A stretch of 64,000 bases of DNA from Mizuhopecten yessoensis. Taxonomy: Eukaryota. The position numbers and the translations under genes are program-made. Shown piece by piece: positions 37,947 to 51,729 of this stretch (its first letter is position 1; the number at the start of each line of letters is the position of its first letter). The stretch lies in contig NW_018479985.1 in the NCBI RefSeq assembly GCF_002113885.1, forward strand, positions 86,127-150,126, in the 5' to 3' direction. The notes below the pieces were generated by a model. That model was not told the DNA's origin and did not search any database. It was given only the letters and a program-made list of their open reading frames with translations.

Positions 37947-40900
37947 TTCTGTCCCTTGACATATATGTTTTGTTCTTCTGTCAATTGTTCTGTCCCCTTC
38001 TGCTGCCCCCTCCCCCCCCTCCCCCTAGATTGTTCTGTTCCCCTTCCATTGGCCCCTTCATACATTTCTCTGTCCCCAACTGCTGGCCCTTCCATAGCAT
38101 TGTTCTGTCCCTTACTAATGGCCCCTCCATAGCATTGTTCTGTCCCTTACTAATGGCCCCTCCATAGAATTGTTCTGTCCCTGAGTGCTGTCCCCTCCAT
38201 AGAATGTTTTTCCATTTCCTTCTGCTGGTCCCTCCATAGAATTGTTCTGTCCCTGAGTGCTGGCTCCTCCATAGAATGTTTTTCCATTTCCTTCTGCTGG
38301 CTCCTCCATAGAATTGTTCTGTCCCTGAGTGCTGGCTCCTCTATAGAATGTTTTTCCATTTCCTTCTGCTGGCCCCTGCATAGAATTGTTCTGTCCCTGA
38401 GTGCTGGCTCCTCCATAGAATTGTTCTGTCCGAGGGCTGGCTCCTCTATAGAATGTTTTTCCATTTCCTTCTGCAGGCTCCTCCATAGAATTGTTCTGTC
38501 CCTGAGTGCTGGCTCCTCCATAGAATTGTTCTGTCCCTGAGGGCTGGCTCTTCCATAAAATTGTTCTGTCCCTTAGTGCTAGCTGGCTCCTCCATAAAAT
38601 TGTTCTGTCCCCTACTGCTGGCCTCCATACAATGTTTTTCCATTTCCTTCTGCTCGCCCCTCCATAGAATTGTTCTGTCCCTGAGTGCTCGCCCCTCCAT
38701 AGAATTGTTCTGTCCCTGAGGGCTGGTCCCTCCATAGAATTGTTCTGTCCCTGAGTGCTGGCTCCTCCATAGAATTGTTCTGTCCCTACTGCTGGCCTCC
38801 ATACAATGTTTTTCCATTTCCTTCTGCTGGCCCCTCCATAGATTTGTTCTGTCCCTGAGTGCTAGCTGGCTCCTCCATAAAATTGTTCTGTCCCCTACTG
38901 CTGGCCTCCATACAATGTTTTTCCATTTCCTTCTGCTGGCCCCTCCATAGATTTGTTCTGTCCCTGAGTGCTAGCTGGCTCCTCCATAAAATTGTTCTGT
39001 CCCCTACTGCTGGGCCCTCCATAGAATGTTTTCTGTTTCCTTTTGCTGGCCCCTCCATAGAATTGTTCTGTCCCTGAGTGCTGGCTCCCCCATACAATGT
39101 TTTTCCATTTCCTTCTGCTCGCCCCTCAATAGAATTGTTCTGTCCCTGAGTGCTGGCCCCTCAATACAATTGTTCTGTCCCCTCCTGCTGGCCCCTCCAT
39201 AGAATGTTTTCTGTTTCCTTTTGCTGGCCCCTCCATAGAATTGTTCTGTCCCCTCCTACTGGCCCCTCCATATAATTGTTCTGCCCCCTCCTGCTGGCCC
39301 CTCCATATAATGTTTTCTGTTTCCTTTTTGCTGGCCCCTACATAGAATGGTTCCGTCCCCTACTGCTGGCCCCTCTATAGAATGGTTCTGTACCCTACTG
39401 CTGGCCCCTCTATAGAATGGTGCTGGCCTCTACTGCTGGCCCCTCTATAGAATGGTGCTGGCCTCTGCTGCTGGCCTCTCTATATAATTGTTCTGTCCCC
39501 TACTGCTGGCCCCTCTATATAATGGTTCTGTCCCCTACTGCTGGCCCCTCTATAGAATGGTGCTGGCCTCTCTATATAATGGTTCTGTCCTCTACTGCTG
39601 GCCCCTCTATATTATGGTTCTGTCCCCTACTGCTGGCCCCTCTATAGAATGGTTCTGGCCTCTCTATATAATTGTTCTGTCCCCTACTGCTGGCCTCTCT
39701 ATATAATTGTTCTGTACCCTACTGCTGGCCCCTCTATATAATGGTTCTGGCCCCTACTGCTGGCCCCTCTATATAATGGTTCTGTCCCCTACTGCTGGGC
39801 GCTCTATATGATGGTTCTGTACCCTACTGCTGGCCCCTCTATAGAATGGTGCTGGCCCCTCTATATAATTGTTCTGTCCCCTACTGCTGGCCCCTCTATA
39901 GAATGGTTCTGTCCCCTACTGCTGGCCCCTCAATATAATGGTTCTGGCCCCTACTGCTGGCCCCTCTATAGAATGGTACTGTCCCCTACTGCTGGCCCCT
40001 CTATATAATGGTTCTGTCCCCTACTGCTGGCCCCTCTATAGAATGGTACTGTCCCCTACTGCTGGCCCCTCTATATAATGGTTCTGTCCCCTACTGCTGC
40101 CCCCTCTATAGAATGGTTCTGGCCCGTACTGCTGGCCCCTACTGCTGGCCCCTCTATATAATTGTTCTGTCCCCTACTGCTGGCCCCTCTATAGAATGGT
40201 GCTGGCCTCTCTATATAATTGTTCTGTCCCCTACTGCTGGCCTCTCTATATAATGGTTCTGTCCCCTACTGCTGGCCCCTCTATATAATGGTTCTGTCCC
40301 CTACTGCTGGCCCCTCTATATAATGCTTCTGTCCCCTACTGCTGGCCTCTCTATATAATGGTTCTGTCCCCGACTGCTGGCCCCTCTATAGAATGGTTCT
40401 GTCCCCTACTGCTGGCCCCTCTATATAATGGTTCTGTCCCCTACTGCTGGTCCCTCTATAGAATGGTGCTGGCCCCTCTATATAATGGTTCTGTCCCTAC
40501 TGCTGGCCCCTCTATATAATGGTTCTGTCCCCTACTGCTGGCCCCTCTATAGAATGGTTCTGTTCTCTACTGCTGGCCCCTCTATATAATTGTTCTGTCC
40601 CCTACTGCTGGCCCCTCTATATAATGGTTCTGTCCCCTCCTGCTGGCCCCTCTATAGAATGGTGCTGGCCTCTCTATATAATTGTTCTGTCTCCTACTGC
40701 TGGCCTCTGTCCCCTACTGCTGCCCCCCCTACTGCTGACCCCTCTAAATAATGGTTCTGTCCCCTACTGCTGGCCCCTCTATATAATGGTTCTGTCCCCT
40801 ACTGCTGCCCCCTCTATAGAATGGTTCTGTCCCCTACTGCTGGCCCCTCTATAGAATGGTGCTGGCCTCTGGACTATCTAGGATTGTCCCCTACTGCTGG

Positions 40901-41085
40901 CCCCTCGATAGAATGGTTCTGTTCTCTACTGCTGGCTACTCTATATAATGGTTCTGTCCCCTACTGCTGGCCTCTCTATATAATGGTTCTGTCCTCTACT
41001 GCTGGCCCCTACATAGAATGGTTCTGTCCTCTACTGCTGGCCCCTACATAGATTTGTTGTTCTGTCCCCCACTGCTGGCCCCTAG
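37947..41085. repeat. ~35-bp composite minisatellite, ~3.1 kb
   Basis: Core ttgttctgtcccctactgctggcccctc(c/t)atagaa. Left part mixes ctgagtgc and tttttccatttccttc variants; right part uses the ggttctgtcccctac variant. Confidence 0.97.
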
Positions 41086-42310
41086 GTTAGGTGTAATAAA
41101 CCATGATAGATTGTGGTCTATTTATAAAGTATGAGTAAATACTGGGGAGGGTCTCTGCATCATTTCATACCGCTCAGTGCCAGACTCCCTAACTCAGCAT
41201 CAGCCGGATGTAGGTGGACCATCTGGTGGTATTGAGGGGGAGTAGGAGTCTACTGATACATACAGGGCACAATCCACACACACCAGGACAGGCACTCCAA
41301 CATAACAGGTACGCTTTTATCATAGTTACCAAAAAACTTGTTTGTTTACATTTGTTTTGAGTGAAAAAGGAAGTGGGATCGGTCGAATCATTCATTATTA
41401 TCAGATCAATATATTTTGACAGTTTGAATAATTAACAAAAATATAGTGATTTGCCCATAAATTGCAAGACCTGCATGATCCTTAACAAAATTTATTATTT
41501 ATCATTAGCATAACTGCTGATTTTCATAGATTAGTATCTTATAACATTAACTTTATCACTCTATCATATTTAAGGGTGGATTTTCAAAAAATATCGAAGG
41601 TAAAAAATGTTTTGATGGTGTCATTATCACTATGTCAATAGGACATCTGATCTTATCAGGACGAAAGCTTGAAGAACTTGTCTGTGTAACATATATACAT
41701 TTTGATATAAAAAAAAAAAAGTGTACATGTAAAAAGTTGATGTTTCTATCCTATATTGGTATTTAATGCTTATTGGGAGTGGTGAAAACACGAGGATGTG
41801 GTGGCCCGCCATCTGTTAGTAGTAGTAGAGTACATATAGGGGCATTTAATGGCTGTCTGTGGAACAGCTGTGAGGGCCTGTACAATTCCAAAAACTGACA
41901 GTATACCCAGCAGATCATACAACAGGTAGGATATATCATCATGGACACATAATGGTGATAATGATAATTATATGTTTAAACGAAATTGACGTATCTATTA
42001 AAGGATCGATGAATTTTTATGAAAAAAATATAACAAGATGAAATAAACAGGAAAAAAATATCAATAACTAGTATATATATCATCCTGGACACATCATGGA
42101 GATAATAGTAATTACCATATATTAAATGAATTTGATGTCTCTATTTAAGGATTCCTGTAAAAAACAGGAACTATACATTGGAACTTTTCCCCTGCATCAC
42201 TTTAGCTTTGATAGAGAACCAAATGTTGTTGAATTTTTATGTAAAAAATAATAAGATGAAATGAATAGAAAAAAAATCAACAACACTGTTCAGATTGTAG
42301 AAATTCAACA

Positions 42311-42384
42311 GGGCCAGACCGGGTTTTGAACCCTGGACCTCCAATCACTATACTGTCGCTCCAGACAACTGAACTATACCTGTC
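42311..42384 (-). mobile_element. tRNA-like SINE head
   Basis: Minus strand GACAGGTATAGTTCAGTTG (A-box-like) ... GGGTTCAAAACCCGGTCTGGCCC (B box). Adjacent 41975-42285 holds a partially duplicated AT-rich block. Confidence 0.6.
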
Positions 42385-45300
42385 AGGTAAACTGTTATAC
42401 CTTGATAGTAATTACCAAAACCAAATTAAGGGGAGCTTACTGTATACACAAAAAGACTTAGATGTACTCTCTAGTGTTTTGCTTGCAATGGGGCAAGGTT
42501 CCTTAAAAAGGGTTAAGGTAACATTTTTTTATCAGTCTTTATCATTTTTGAAACAACTTCCATGTTCTTAAACAATGACTTTGATGCTATTGAAGTCCAC
42601 ATGATTTAACGCTATGATACTCAGTCTGTCAAACTACTTTATGTAGCTAAGTATATGTAATTACATACAAAGTGATGGTATTATCTTACCAGATATAATA
42701 CAATGTAGACATAGCTTAGAGGTTAACGTACACCAGGACTATTTCCTGTCTGTGCAAGCTTTCTTACATCCTATTGGTGTAACACTAACTTATGTCTCTT
42801 GTGTGTAAGAACAATTGTGTGCCTCCAACATTTGGTAAAGAAAAGTATGTGCCTTTTAACGGATAAATAGTGTAATTAATATCAAATGAGTGATCTTAAT
42901 CTGGTGCCATTAGGTTACCTTTTTACATAAAAAAGGCCATTTTGTCAAGGAACAGTCCAGAACTTCAAATTAGTTGCCATAAGAGGAGGATTTCAACTAA
43001 TCATAGTTTTAGCTCATGTAATTTCTGCAGGAATATAGTAAATCTTAATTGTCAGGAAAATGAAGGATTTCTTTTATCAATCAGTATGTTGATTTTTCCT
43101 TCTCCCCTGGAATCCCTGATAGTAAATACAGTTTTAGAGGGAAACGCTGTTAGATAACAACAAAAGTTAGCCACCAACTTGAGGATGCATATGTTTTTAA
43201 AGCTAAAATCAAATATTTTCTGTGTATTGTTATCTTTTATTATAATAACAGATATGTGATGTTCAATATCAATTACACTCGACGGTGATTTTCTCCTTCA
43301 GTAGATTTTATCCATGTTCAGACTGGATAGAATCTAGTCATGGAGTTTTCTGTCATGCGTAATAAGTACCAGGAAGATTTTGAGATAACTTTTTGTCTCC
43401 GAAACAAAATTCAATTTGTGTCTGGTATATTATGACAGGTTTGGTGGAGATGTGTAACTTACGGGTATTTTGGAATAAAAGACTCCATTCAAGTTTTAGT
43501 TGAACCCTTCATGTGTGTACAGTGCCTGGATTACAAAAAAAGCATGATCATATTCTCTGTGATATATTTTCTTGAACACAGAACTTTAAATGGAAAAAAA
43601 TCACTTTTTTTCTACAAATACTTGTTGAACATCCTACCTCGTCAGCAAAAAAAAATGTATTGTATAAATGAGAAATAACTGGCTTTGCTTGAATGAGAAC
43701 TGTAGAGCTGGACGTATATAACAGGTTTGTAATAAACACTAGGAGTACTACACCAGGCCTGACACCCCTACAGTCAGTTATAATGTTGTAATCTACTGCC
43801 ATGGAAACTATACATACATACAATGGAGGGGCCTCGTTAGTGGCTGCCACGGTGATTAGAAAACTCACCAGTCATCATATATTTTTACCACTTTGATGAT
43901 GCTTATTCATATGTTGATGTATATTGAACAGTATACCTGACAGCTAATGATTTCTGCTCCATTCAGCTTTGTACTGAGGCTGTACAAGCTACAATCAGTG
44001 CGGTAATGTACGTCACTCTGCCACTATCACCTAGCCTTCCGTCATTGATCAAAAATACTCATCAGCTTTCTGCAATGCTCATTTTCTGCTTCCATTCACA
44101 AACTTGGAATTTCCGTATTGAATTTTCCTTTCATGAATATCCAAAGTATCAGTAATTGACCTCATCTATAGGTTTTTGCTTTGAAGGTCAGAAGTGAACT
44201 CTTTGCATTACTTTGATTAACTGGATGTCTACATGAACTAATTATGTTGATCAAAATCTGTATTTTTGTCTTCCATTGATGTCATGCGGTTGATCATAAC
44301 TTTGTGGAATCCTGAATTATTTTCTTTGTTTTATTAATATTCATTCTTGCTTGTGAAGGTGATTTTTTTTATCACTCTCGGACCTATTCAGTTCTGTCCC
44401 CTATTCTGACCTTACCAGGCTATAAAAACCTGCTCAGTCCCCCCAACCCCAACCCCGGGTTACAGCCAGGAAGAAGAATGTATGCTTGGTGTTTGAGTGT
44501 TTTGTGTTGGTGGAAGCCAATGGAGTGCAGTAACGAAGCAGCCAGTCTAAAAGTAGAAAGTTGTCTCACAAATAAATTACCCAGATTAATTGTCAAGTGT
44601 CTAATAGAGCATCACACAACAATATTGGGTAAAGGATAAACCGACAAGCTAATCCATGATTCGCTGAAAAGGTCGAAGGTTCTCCAGCACAGCCTCTTAT
44701 GAATGGGGTGTACAAATATTCCAGAATCTTCAGTGGGTAAATGTGTGTCCAAGCCAGGAGGTGTTCATTGACCAGTAATTAATAGAATTTCCCAAGTGTC
44801 TATCTCCAGAAAGGTCAGACATGCCCGTGGAGTAATCCATTAATGATCACCATTATTTCAAAATGCACCGAAGGCTAAAGAAGGGAACATTGAAGAACTC
44901 CTCAGCAAACCGTTTTCGCCAGTAAATAAATGTAATTTTCTATCACTCCCTTCTGAAATTGCCACAATATCCTAACAAAGTGCTGGCTTAATGGATGCAA
45001 TGAAATGCTTGGACAATTTTTGCCTCCACGCCTACAACTTCATTTCCTGAAACCCCAAGTTTCCTAATAGATTATTCCATTAAGTAATATTGGCTCAATA
45101 CATAACTTGTTTAGGGGGAGAACTATGAGTAAAGACATCATTTTGTCTTGTGTCAATGTCACTGTCATGAAGCATATACTTTTATTAATGAAGGCCTGTG
45201 AAATTATAAACCTTAGCTGTCTGAAATAGCATAGCTAAATCTGGGCCTGTTCATTCAGTTTATAGATAATAGTGTTATTTTTATAGACAGAAGCCGTGTT

Positions 45301-45769
45301 ATTTTGTTAGCACAGTACTACTATGACGTAGGAATGGCAAGAGGAGTGCGTGCAATACACTATCCAATGTTTACAAATCCTTCTTATAAGATTAATTCAT
45401 TTTCCAATTCGGTCTCTTGCAATACAAACTGGTGATAAATATACGATTGATCTGTTTATATTGTTGGCTAAACATGTGACAAAGCCTGGGTCAAAAACTG
45501 GAGAATAACAGAAAGCCTTTTTGTGTTGTTTTTATTTGTCATCATCTGCGTTCTGTTTTCACCATAGCATGACTTCATCCTCCCAGCAGGTTTATTTTTT
45601 GGAACTTCTGTTCTGTTAGGCGTAATTCTTCCAGAGATGTGAAAGTTGATTTCCTGATCAACTGCCTGAAATGATACTATCAAGATGCTAACACCTACTG
45701 AAATAAAGACCATGAGTTATTGAGTACAGATCTAGAATTAGACACACATGTATTGGACAATCTAGATAC

Positions 45770-46798
45770 AGATTTATAGTTCCCTCGACTATCTAGGATT
45801 TATAGAAGATTACAGATTTAGATTGGTAGTCCTGGACTATCTAGGATTTATAGAAGATTATGGATTTAGATTGGTAGTCCTGGACTATCTAGGATTTATA
45901 GAAGATTAGATTTAGATTGGTAGTCCTGGACTATCTAGGATTTATAGAAGATTACAGATTTGAATTTATAGTCCTGGACTATCTAGGATTTATAGAAGAT
46001 TACATATTTAGATTGGTAGTCCTGGACCATCTAGGATTTATAGAAGAGTACAGATTTAGATCGGTAGTCCTGGACTATCTAGGATTTATAGAAGATTACA
46101 AATTTCGATTGGTAGTCCGGAATTATCAGGATTTATAGAAGATTACAGATTTCGATTGGTATATTCCAGAATTATCAGGATTTATAAAAGAGCACAGATT
46201 TAGATTGGTAGACCGGAATTATCAGGATTTATAGAAGATTACAAATTTAAATTTGTAGCCCTGGACTATCTAGGATTTATAGAAGAGTACAGATTTCGAT
46301 TGGTAGTCCAGAATTATCAGGATTTATAGAAGATTACAGATTTAGATTGGTAGTCCGGAACTATCAGGATTTATAGAAGATTACAGATTTAGATTGGGAG
46401 ACCGGAATTTTCAGGATTTATAGAAGATTACAGATTAGATTGGTAGTCCAGAATTATCGGGATTTATAGAAGATTACAGATTAGATTGGTAGTCCAGAAT
46501 TATCGGGATTTATAGAAGATTACAGATTAGATTGGTAGTCCAGAATTATCAGGATTTATAAAAGAGCACAGATTTAGATTGGTAGACCGGAATTTTCAGG
46601 ATTTATAGGAGATTACAGATTTAGATTGGTAGTCCGGAATTATCAGGATTTATAGAAGATTACAGATTTAGATTGGTAGACCGGAATTTTCAGGATTTAT
46701 AGAAGATTACAGATTTAGATTGGTAGTCCGGAATTAGCAGGATTTATAGAAGATTACAGATTTTGATTGGTAGTCCAGAATTTTCAGGATTTATAGAA
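45770..46798. repeat. 47/48-bp minisatellite
   Basis: Unit ttagattggtagtcctggactatctaggatttatagaagattacagat, mostly switching to a ccggaattatcagga variant after ~46115. Confidence 0.96.
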
Positions 46799-49615
46799 TA
46801 TATACAAAGTGAAGGAAATATCAAGACACTCCATTGGGGATTTGCTACTGTCACATTTTGCAAAAAAAGAAAAAAAGAACTTGCATGTAGGCAGTCAATG
46901 AAAAATGTGACTCGATCAATTTAAAAATTTTCACACAAAATCCACATTCAATTTTATTTGAAACCATGAAATAGATGGGATGATCAAAATAGCCATCAAA
47001 ATAACAGTTTTGTCAGACTTGCTTTTGATGAATTTGAAATTTAATGTGTATTCCTCATTATAATATCTTAGTTGATTTCTGTTATCTACCGTTTAACAAA
47101 TACCGCTGGCTAATGTTATACAAAGATGAAAACTACATCGTAGAACCTCTCATTGCAGAACCTCTCATTGATATCGTGAATGTAAACATATAAGATGATG
47201 TAAACAAGTGGATTATAATGTCAGGGGTTATGAACCTGTAATCCTGTGTGTCTCGTACACATCTCTAATATCTTGTGTTATGGGTGTGACGCAGCGCAGT
47301 TCTCCAGGGACAAAATGTTACATTTTTACCGGAAACAACAACGCAGTGGCAGGTCTGAGACTTATACACCATAGCTATCCAGCATTCAGTTATCATAAAA
47401 ATATTAACATTGTATAGCGTAGAAGATGACTTTAATATCAACTTAAGAAACAGCTGTTTGTCAAAGTATATATCTATTATCAATTAATTCAAAAATATCA
47501 ATGATTGAAAAGCGTCGTCAAACTAACCAGACTTGAACATTGAAGCCTGTGAAGTGTTCACCCAATTTACAGTAATTTATTGGGAACAGATCTGTTGATT
47601 AATCTAAAATTGGTGTGGTCTCAATGTTTCAATTCCATTGTCCAACTGGGCTTTATGACGAGTGTGTATTTGCAATGCATTAGTTGTGACTCAAACAAAC
47701 AAAAAATACGTCAGCAGCAGCAGGCTTCACTCAGCTACTGTTCTCTGATATCTGTTCTATACCCAATGACACTACGATGACAATGCTAAACATTTGATCT
47801 CACCAGCGTAAACGATTACTAGTGTAAGGTACGTACTGCCATATATGGCATATGCAGGTCAGGTGATAATGAGTGAAACCTTATCAAATATTCATGATGA
47901 CCTTTATCCAAGAATTTCATTGGCCGCTCCTATAGGTTCTCTCTATCGCTCTGGTTGTCATCCTGTTGGTTCTGTCAATATTATGTCTGTGACGACATCG
48001 AGAGCATTGGTGCTGTTCTATATGTAGCACTACCCATGTGCTTCTCACAATAACAACAGTCAGCAGAGCTGTGAGGTAGTGAGACCTACTGTAAGGTAAG
48101 CACATTTTACACCTAGCAAATCACTACTGTTAGAAGTTATTTCATAATGTTTTATAAGTATCAGAGGTTGATAGTTTATTAGTGGTGCCTTTTTCACCAG
48201 TTTACTATGAAACTTCGTTTAATCAGCTGTTTTAAATTATGTGATATAATGATCCGTTTGACTGGCAAGTCAAGTCAAGTTTGTAGGTGTATATGGAGAA
48301 TGGGGGAGAAGGGAATAAAGGGGCAACAATTTGTTTTTTAACTTGCCTTTTTCTTATTATTTTTTTTCCCTTTATTATTTGAAAAAAGAAAAGATGACTG
48401 GACGTCCATACAGCTCTTTTGTTCTAAATTTTCCCCATAGAAATTATATATAATATAGAGAGATATGAATGCTGTGTTAAGGGGAAAGCTTTTGTAAAAC
48501 ATCTTTATTACACTATGATTTCATTTAAACCTTGAATTTAATAATGAAGATAAAAAAAATGCCTACTAGTAGAAAACCAAAATTTTACATATATTTAGTG
48601 CACAATTTTCATACTTCAAAGCTTCAAGTGTAATCATTTGTTTATTACAAAACTATCATTTTAAACATTGTTTGTAAAGTTGTATGAGCAGATGAACTCT
48701 CCTCTTGTGTGGAAGAGAGGAGGGTTGGTCCAATATACATATGATGATCAGAAATATTGGGCACAATTATACTTTTAACCTCTTCACTAAGGAAGAAAGG
48801 CAGTCCAGAAAATAGAACAGCACATCCAGAGCATGGAGACAAATTTACATATGCAAGTTACCTGTTTTTGAATCCTTTTAATACACATTTTGTTAAATAA
48901 TGTAATTTTCAAAAAAATTGGTTAAACTAAATTTAAAACCATCTTAACAAAATATTGTGGTTTTGGTTGAAAACCAAGGTTTATGTTTACATACACAGTT
49001 CTGCTTGTACATTCACAAACTATCCCAAGCCCTCACTACTTTCTCAAATCAGATTAGCATCCGGCGTCCTCAGGAAGCTCTTCAGGTTTACTTATACACA
49101 ACTTCAAATTCTTCTAACGAGAACAATCGACATAACAGAAGAAATACTCACCCACAGCCACACATATAGGTCTGTGTCGGTGAGATGTAGATATCCGTTA
49201 CTTCTATAGGATGTACAGGGGTTCAACACTTTCACAAACAGGTCAGGTTTGATGATGTTTTCACCAGAAAAACTTTGAACTGGATGTATGAGATCCATGT
49301 GGTTTTATTCTGTATTTTGGTGTGAAAATTTGCTTGGATTCCAAAGAAAGTAGAATCATCACCAGTCACAAAGGGAGGAACAGCTAGTAATAGATCAAAT
49401 CTGTTGTTTCCTTGAAATCATTAATCCATGGACTTTAAATGAAATTCAAACTAATGACAAACCTCTCAGGGATGAACAACATATGGATGTGTGTTTCGTG
49501 CAAGGTAAACTAAGATATCTGTAGTAATTAATGGTTGATTTATGAAGGAGACACAATCATATTAATTCATGTAAAAGTAATGCATACATTTAAGATCTGT
49601 AAGGAATAGTCGTAC

Positions 49616-49873
49616 ACATCTGTACATGTTATATATCCATAACATGTACAGATGTAGTATATACCACAAAACTGAACCACAGTGTTCCATACTTATATAT
49701 ACAGTATATATAAGTATGGAACACTGTGGTCCAGTTTTGTGGTATATACTACATCTGTACATGTTATGGATATATAAGTATGGAACACTGTGGTCCAGTT
49801 TTGTGGGATACTACATCTGTACATGTTATGGATATATAAGTATGGAACACTGTGGTCCCGTTTTGTGGGATAC
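49616..49873. repeat. Inverted plus direct repeat complex containing a 149-bp palindrome
   Basis: Arms 49629-49702 and 49704-49777 (74 bp, 1 mismatch, 1-nt centre); second 17-bp stem 49616-49655; ~62-64-bp unit continues as direct repeats. Confidence 0.93.
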
Positions 49874-50060
49874 TTGTTGTGAGGAGCACTGTTCGTATAG
49901 AGCAGGTTTATCTCAACTGACATCAAATGTATTCACACTGTCATGGTTCATTCCCAACTGACTTGGTTCATTTCTAACTAACTTGGTGTGATTCTAATTT
50001 GATTTAAACATGACTTGATTAATTGTTACTTACTTCATTGATTCCAAATTAAAATCATGN

Positions 50061-50403
50061 ACTGACATCGTAATGTACAACTGACTCTGTTGTACCATTG
50101 GCTGACATTGTAATGTACAACTGCCTCTGTTGTAACATTGGCTGAGTTGCCTCTGTACAATTGCCTCTGTTGTACCATTGGCTGACATTATAATGTACAA
50201 CTGCCTCTGTTTTACCATTGGCTGACATCGTAATGTACAACTGCCTCTGTTGTACCATTGGCTGACATTGTAATGTACAACTGCCTCTGTTGTAACATTG
50301 GCTGAGTTGCCTCTGTACAACTGCCTCTGTTGTACCATTGGCTGACATTATAATGTACAACTGCCTCTGTTTTACCATTGGCTGACATCGTAATGTACAA
50401 CTG
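50061..50403. repeat. 40-bp minisatellite with 160-bp higher-order repeat
   Basis: Unit gctgacat(t/c)gtaatgtacaactgcctctgttgtaccattg; diagnostic variants recur at +160 (50141/50301, 50181/50341). Starts at N50060. Confidence 0.93.
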
Positions 50404-50885
50404 TCACCATTGATTTTGTTCTCACGTGCTGCCAGGCACATGTTAGGTGGTAAAGATGACATATTGATGATATGTCAGCTTTGATATATCAGAGGCAGCT
50501 TTAAAAGCTTTGATATTTCAAATTCCTAGATTATATCGTGTTAATGCCTTTTGAAATTATGTAAGTTATTGTGTTTGATGAAACAAGATACGTTGTCTGA
50601 TATTTAAAATGGGGTCCAATATGTCAATATAACTTTGAAATGAAATAGCGTTGGTTTAATGAATGCGTCTGCCAATTGGATCCATGTCTAGAAAAAATAG
50701 TCAGCCGTTTTGTAATTTCAGTTCCCTGGAAATTTAGCGAGTGCTGTGAGTGGTGGTTTTATTAGGCGTTGCCAGTGAATGCTGACACGTGGTGGGGACT
50801 GCGTTGGGGGCTCTTCTTGCCATGTTATATACTACACTGCATATACTGGGTTCGTGTATTGATTGGCTTGTTTCTCTGTTGACAG

Positions 50886-51599
50886 GGTGTGCATTTGGAA
50901 GAACCGACATCACCAATAACAAAACAACTCAACGAGGACCTGGACGAATTTGTCCGGCAACTCACACACCCAAAGGGAACTGTCGATCGCTCACAATCCA
51001 TCGACGTGTCAGCCCTAGACAAATTAGGAAAAATGAAATTAGAATCATCACAGTCATCTGGGAGGGATGCAACATCACAGAATGTCAGACGGTCTGCTCC
51101 AGAAATTGCAGAGATAGAGGAGAAACATATATGTGAGGCGGTAAACAATCCTCGTAAAAGTTGGCGGAAACACATTCTACAGAGACGCAATGGAAAAAGC
51201 ATTTCATCAGGAACAAACTCTACAGATATTGACGAGGCTGTGGAGATTTCATTTGGTTCAAATGATGATGAGGGTCTAGATGTCAAAGAAATATCTTTTG
51301 ACAGTACATCATCAGGGCTTCGTGATTCCAAAGTCTTATTTCATGGGGATTCGACACCTGAAGATTCCGACCAGGAGTCAACACCGACACAGGTTAGCAA
51401 ATCATCCACACTTTATGGACAAAAATATGTAAAAAAAGACAAGGACACGCAAGCAACAAAGGAATCGAAAAGGCGCCGTTTTCGCCGCATGATAACACGC
51501 CCCTTACGGCGGAGTCAGAGTGCTGGGTGTGAGCAGGATATACCAGCCCATGCTCTGTTCCTACATCGTACAGACGAGGCATCTCCTGAAAAAGACACC
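50886..51599 (+). CDS. RGS3: RGS3-like protein, large internal exon (Ser/Asp/Glu-rich, predicted disordered region)
   Basis: Acceptor tttctctgttgacag|GGT, in-frame TGA at 50880 bounding the ORF, 238 open codons, donor ACC|gtaagt; phase 0/0. Contains RRRFRRMITRPLRRSQSAG. Confidence 0.85.
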
Positions 51600-51729
51600 G
51601 TAAGTAAATTGAGTGTTTTCTATAGCTTGTTCTTCTGAGTGAGACGATAAAATTAAAAATACACACAATTTCAGCTTAATGTGACACCTCTTATATGATA
51701 TTTCTACTCATACTCCTACGCTTCATTTC

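Noticed and set aside
42311-42384. Functional tRNA gene
   Set aside because: A/B boxes are present but I cannot build a convincing cloverleaf; better explained as a SINE head.
44702-44772. MGCTNIPESSVG short ORF with N-acylation-like MGC start and nearby TATAAAA (44421)
   Set aside because: The only donor-like site (G|gtaaat) is weak and phase 1, incompatible with the phase-0 acceptor at 50886; no other support.
7470-47538. TAACCAGACTTGAAC shared between the 7470-7560 mini-duplication and 47524
   Set aside because: A 15-bp match between arbitrary positions is expected by chance in 64 kb of AT-rich DNA.
50789-51331. Overlapping ORFs 50789-51136 (+) and 50825-51331 (-)
   Set aside because: Alternate-frame and antisense shadows of the real exon 50886-51599.
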